From: Bacteroidota bacterium
GTDB lineage: Bacteria > Bacteroidota > Bacteroidia > 2-12-FULL-35-15
Assembly: GCA_947469885.1 (NCBI GenBank)
Contig: CANIQT010000012.1
Coordinates: 4,951-68,950, forward strand
Direction of reading: 5' to 3'
Length of the DNA: 64,000 bases
Below, piece by piece: positions 61,419 to 64,000 of this stretch. Numbering within the stretch: the first letter of the stretch is position 1; each line of letters opens with the position of its first letter. A model generated the notes under the pieces. It was given only the letters and a program-made list of their open reading frames with translations. It did no database searches and was not told the origin of the DNA. Made by a program: the position numbers and the translations under genes.

Positions 61419-61979
61419 ATGAAAAAATTAATTATCAAACATCCTGTAGAGTTTACACTTAACAAAGTTGCAAACGGAACCAACTGCCAACACATTATTT
61501 ATGATAAAGGAAATGAATCTTTTTTAATTATTCGACAAAAGTTAGATGCAGGCGTGGTTCAGCGATTGGAAAACGGTGAAGAAAAACTTATTTTTGATTT
61601 ACAGACTATTAATATGACTGATAGCCCGAAGATGAAACTATTAAAAGAACAAAAATTTTTATTAAAAAATCCTAAAGAAGAAAAGGAGGTGGAAGCGCAG
61701 CATATTTTATACGCTAAATCAGATAATATATATACTGACATCTATTTATCCAATAGTAAACCTTTTACTTTATCAAAGCAGATGAAAGAAACGGAGGCAT
61801 TTTTAAATTCAAAATTATTTATCAGAATACAGAGATGCTATATTATAAACCGATTGCATATAAAGAGCCATAGTAAAGTTCGGGGAAAGTATATTTACAT
61901 CCCTGATGGTTTAAAAATAATGATTGGAGGTAAGTATAAAGAGAGTTTTTTAAAAGAGTTGGATACCAAAATTGATTAA
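61419..61979 (+). CDS. LytTR-family DNA-binding protein (stand-alone, no receiver domain)
   Basis: The C-terminus ...ILYAKSDNIYTDIYLSNSKPFTLSKQMKETEAFLNSKLFIRIQRCYIINRLHIK...KIMIGGKYKESFLK fits a LytTR domain. Confidence 0.65.
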   Translation: MKKLIIKHPVEFTLNKVANGTNCQHIIYDKGNESFLIIRQKLDAGVVQRLENGEEKLIFDLQTINMTDSPKMKLLKEQKFLLKNPKEEKEVEAQHILYAKSDNIYTDIYLSNSKPFTLSKQMKETEAFLNSKLFIRIQRCYIINRLHIKSHSKVRGKYIYIPDGLKIMIGGKYKESFLKELDTKID

Positions 61980-62149
61980 TTCACAAGGTTTTCTTCAAAT
62001 TCACAAGGTTTTACTTTTTTATATTTCAAATATAAATATGTTTGCAACATTATTTATAAAATGTTCTTAAAAATACAGGAAAGGCGGAGGTTTAGGAGGA
62101 AAAACTGGAAGTTAGTTTTCAAAACCCTAAACCTTTTTCTCAAAGTTCA

Positions 62150-62296
62150 GGGAAAAAATTAAAATCTTCCGGGAAAAAAGCGAAATCTTCCAGAAAAAAG
62201 TCAAAATCTTCCGGGAAAAAAGTGAAATCTTCCGGAAAAAAAGCAAAATCTTCCGGGAAAAAAGAGAAATCTTCCGGGAAAAAGTCAAAATCTTCT
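62150..62296 (+). repeat. Seven tandem copies of a 21-bp unit (GGGAAAAAAGNGAAATCTTCC), with a degenerate 8th copy to ~62317, in the leader region of the 62401 gene
   Basis: The 21-bp period keeps a reading frame encoding (G-K-K-x-K-S-S)n. There is no in-frame ATG; the upstream in-frame stop is TAG at 62093. Confidence 0.75.
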
Positions 62297-62400
62297 GGAA
62301 AACTTTGGAAAAAGGTTGGAAAAATGAAAGTAAAGAATGCCGGGATGAAGCAAGAGGTTAAAATAAATCATAATAACAATAATAATTAAAAACAAAACAA

Positions 62401-63078
62401 ATGAGAGAAACAGTAAACTGCCTTCGTGAATATAAAGGATTGCCCGAAGGAGACCAACCAGCCTATCTAATAAGGATGGGGGCAGCATTAACCACCAACA
62501 CAGCTACATTTCCTGACATTCCTTTTGCCGGAACAGTAATTACTGCAAATGCTCCCACATTGCTTACCAAGTTTGGTTTGAAAGACACAAGCGATGCCGC
62601 AATGCTTGCTTATACTACCCTGCGCGATTTAATGGTTACAAAAGTAGAAGCTAATTATGACGATATTGACCTTGTGGCACAAGGCGATGGAGCCATTGTA
62701 GCACAAGGCGGTGTAAGAGGAACCAGTGTAAACACCACCAGAATTGGTACTCCACCGGTAGCTTCGGATTTAAAATTTTCAATTTCTGAACATGCAAACC
62801 AAATGATTATTAGTCATGCTTTTGAAAAATTGGCAACAGGAAGTGTGTATATTACCTTTATAGACCCTTCAATAATTGTTGAATATGCCGGAGATACTCA
62901 ATTAAAAATTACTGTTGGAACTGATAGAACAGTAATTTTAATAGATTTAGATACGGCAAGTAAAACAGTGATTAAAAATGTACTTAAAAAAACAGAGATA
63001 ATTACTATAGCCGCCTTGTTTAACTCTAATGGAATTTCACCTTTGTCAAATCCTATTTCTATGGTGGTACCAAAATAA
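62401..63078 (+). CDS. Hypothetical protein (225 aa), no signal peptide, family not recognised
   Basis: A clean ATG ORF followed by two terminator hairpins. Confidence 0.55.
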   Translation: MRETVNCLREYKGLPEGDQPAYLIRMGAALTTNTATFPDIPFAGTVITANAPTLLTKFGLKDTSDAAMLAYTTLRDLMVTKVEANYDDIDLVAQGDGAIVAQGGVRGTSVNTTRIGTPPVASDLKFSISEHANQMIISHAFEKLATGSVYITFIDPSIIVEYAGDTQLKITVGTDRTVILIDLDTASKTVIKNVLKKTEIITIAALFNSNGISPLSNPISMVVPK

Positions 63079-63107
63079 ATTTCAAGTTTCAAATTTCAAA
63101 TTAAAAA

Positions 63108-63135
63108 AGCCTCGCAGCAATGCGGGGCTTTTTTG
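63108..63135 (+). terminator. Rho-independent terminator (9-bp stem AGCCTCGCA / TGCGGGGCT with a GNRA loop GCAA, then T6)
   Basis: Seen directly in the sequence. It lies 30 bp after the stop at 63078. Confidence 0.75.
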
Positions 63136-63143
63136 TTTTGGAT

Positions 63144-63235
63144 TTAACCACAAAGAACACAAAGGCTCAACACAAAGTTCACAAAAAGCTTTGTGTTCTT
63201 TGTGTATTTTTTTTCTTTGCGAACTTTGTGGTTAA
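63144..63235 (+). terminator. Second, nested inverted-repeat structure: a perfect 16-bp stem (CACAAAGAACACAAAG / CTTTGTGTTCTTTGTG) with a 24-nt loop followed by T8, flanked by an outer 12-bp IR (TTAACCACAAAG / CTTTGTGGTTAA); a tandem terminator or regulatory element
   Basis: Arms lie at 63149-63164 and 63189-63204, with outer arms at 63144-63155 and 63224-63235. A HindIII-palindromic AAGCTT sits in the loop. Confidence 0.5.
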
Positions 63236-63304
63236 TCTTTTCTGCACATCTTTTTTTGTTTAAAAAATAAAATGTAGTTTTGTTGAAGATTAAAAATACT
63301 ACAA

Positions 63305-63970
63305 ATGAAAAACACCTTCATCATTTCCCTTCTTCTTTTATTTTCAACTAAAATTTCTGCACAAGACACAATCATTAAAAACACCGGAGAACAAGTAATT
63401 GCAAAGGTGATGGAAATAACTCCTAAAGAAATAAAATATAAACGATTTGATTTTGTGGATGGACCAATGTATGTAGAAAAGAAAACAAACATTGATTTTA
63501 TTAAATTTTCGAATGGGGTGGTGGAGCATTTTGAAAAAGAAAATAGTATTCCTCCTTCATCCGATAATGCCTATACCTATTACGAAGGAAGACCTTACAT
63601 AAAAAATAGTAAAATAACACCTTTCGGACAAACACGGTGGAACTACAATAATAAACTTGTTTTCGAAAAAGGTTTACTGGCTGTTTTTGAACAAACAGGC
63701 GACCACGAAATAATGAGCCTAGTGACCAAAGCACGAATAAAAAAGAAACAACAATACATTGGTTTCGGAATTATACCTTTAGCAGCAGCATCCATAGCCT
63801 TTGGGGCATTAGCTTCCGATTCAGGCAATGGTAGTCAAATAGTTTATGGCGTTTGTTCAGGACTTTGTGCAGTGGGAGGAGTGGGTTGTATTGTGTTTGA
63901 TATAACAGTTAGTCAGCAACGGAGAGCGTATGTAAACAATGCTTTGCGGTTGTATAACGAAAGGTATTAG
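63305..63970 (+). CDS. Hypothetical secreted/membrane protein (paralog B of 60540..61238)
   Basis: The N-terminus reads MKNTFIISLLLLFSTKISAQDTIIKNTGEQVIAKVMEITPKEIKYKRFDFVDGPMYVEKK...EHFEK... The C-terminus has two hydrophobic helices and ends ...RLYNERY. Confidence 0.65.
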   Translation: MKNTFIISLLLLFSTKISAQDTIIKNTGEQVIAKVMEITPKEIKYKRFDFVDGPMYVEKKTNIDFIKFSNGVVEHFEKENSIPPSSDNAYTYYEGRPYIKNSKITPFGQTRWNYNNKLVFEKGLLAVFEQTGDHEIMSLVTKARIKKKQQYIGFGIIPLAAASIAFGALASDSGNGSQIVYGVCSGLCAVGGVGCIVFDITVSQQRRAYVNNALRLYNERY

Positions 63971-64000
63971 GATGAAAAAAATTGTTTACATAGGTTTTAC

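Noticed and set aside
62285-62488. 67-aa minus-strand ORF overlapping the 21-bp tandem repeat and the start of the 62401 gene
   Set aside because: It is an antisense reading of the repeat (FFPEDF... periodicity) that overlaps a better-supported plus-strand gene start. It is an artefact.

Overview
This 64-kb window is AT-rich chromosomal DNA with clear Bacteroidota hallmarks: T9SS C-terminal sorting domains of both type A and type B (CHU_C), lipoprotein signals, a TAnnTTTG -7 promoter motif, and PadR-PspC and DUF4783-nadC gene pairings. The centre (about 6.1-48.1 kb) is a minus-strand run of four giant secreted surface-protein genes.

- **Giant mosaic adhesin (7,744 aa, 6136..29370):** five Gly-rich modules, about 13 tandem HYR repeats, LamG, GEVED and MAM-like lectin-type domains, Ig/PKD-like repeats, and a type-A T9SS C-terminal domain.
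- **HYR/Ig-like paralog (1,003 aa, 33127..36138):** its last about 570 aa are paralogous to the C-terminus of the giant protein.
- **Collagen-like protein (1,260 aa, 36208..39990):** about 970 aa of Gly-X-Y repeats between a conserved N-terminal tail-fibre-like domain and a C-terminal globular domain, with no T9SS sorting domain.
- **Ig-like repeat protein (about 2,420 aa, 40725..47987):** about 20 tandem ~82-aa Ig-like repeats, a PKD domain and a type-B (CHU_C) sorting domain.

Between the giant gene and the 1,003-aa gene sits a 3.7-kb islet (29371..33126). It carries an Uma2 (PD-D/ExK) endonuclease plus DUF1640 cassette, an orphan 318-aa gene, a 7-copy ~42-bp iteron-like array next to an AT-rich tract, and perfect hairpin terminators.

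- **Left flank:** an ECF sigma factor, an anti-sigma factor fused to a TonB C-terminal domain, an NlpC/P60 lipoprotein and a T9SS beta-propeller protein, preceded by a DUF4154/YfiR-like gene.
- **Right flank:** housekeeping and regulatory genes, namely a FemAB/GNAT-like gene, DUF885, prolyl oligopeptidase, DUF1801, rlmH, DUF4783, nadC, YihY/BrkB, TerC, PadR, a PspC-domain protein, a LytTR regulator and two paralogous small membrane proteins.

The non-coding DNA holds several unexplained structured repeats: a ~40-bp ACGAATTT-containing motif at three sites, a 21-bp tandem repeat of 7 copies kept in coding phase, palindrome-bounded degenerate repeats, and tandem terminators.

No rRNA, tRNA, CRISPR array, transposase or integrase was recognised.
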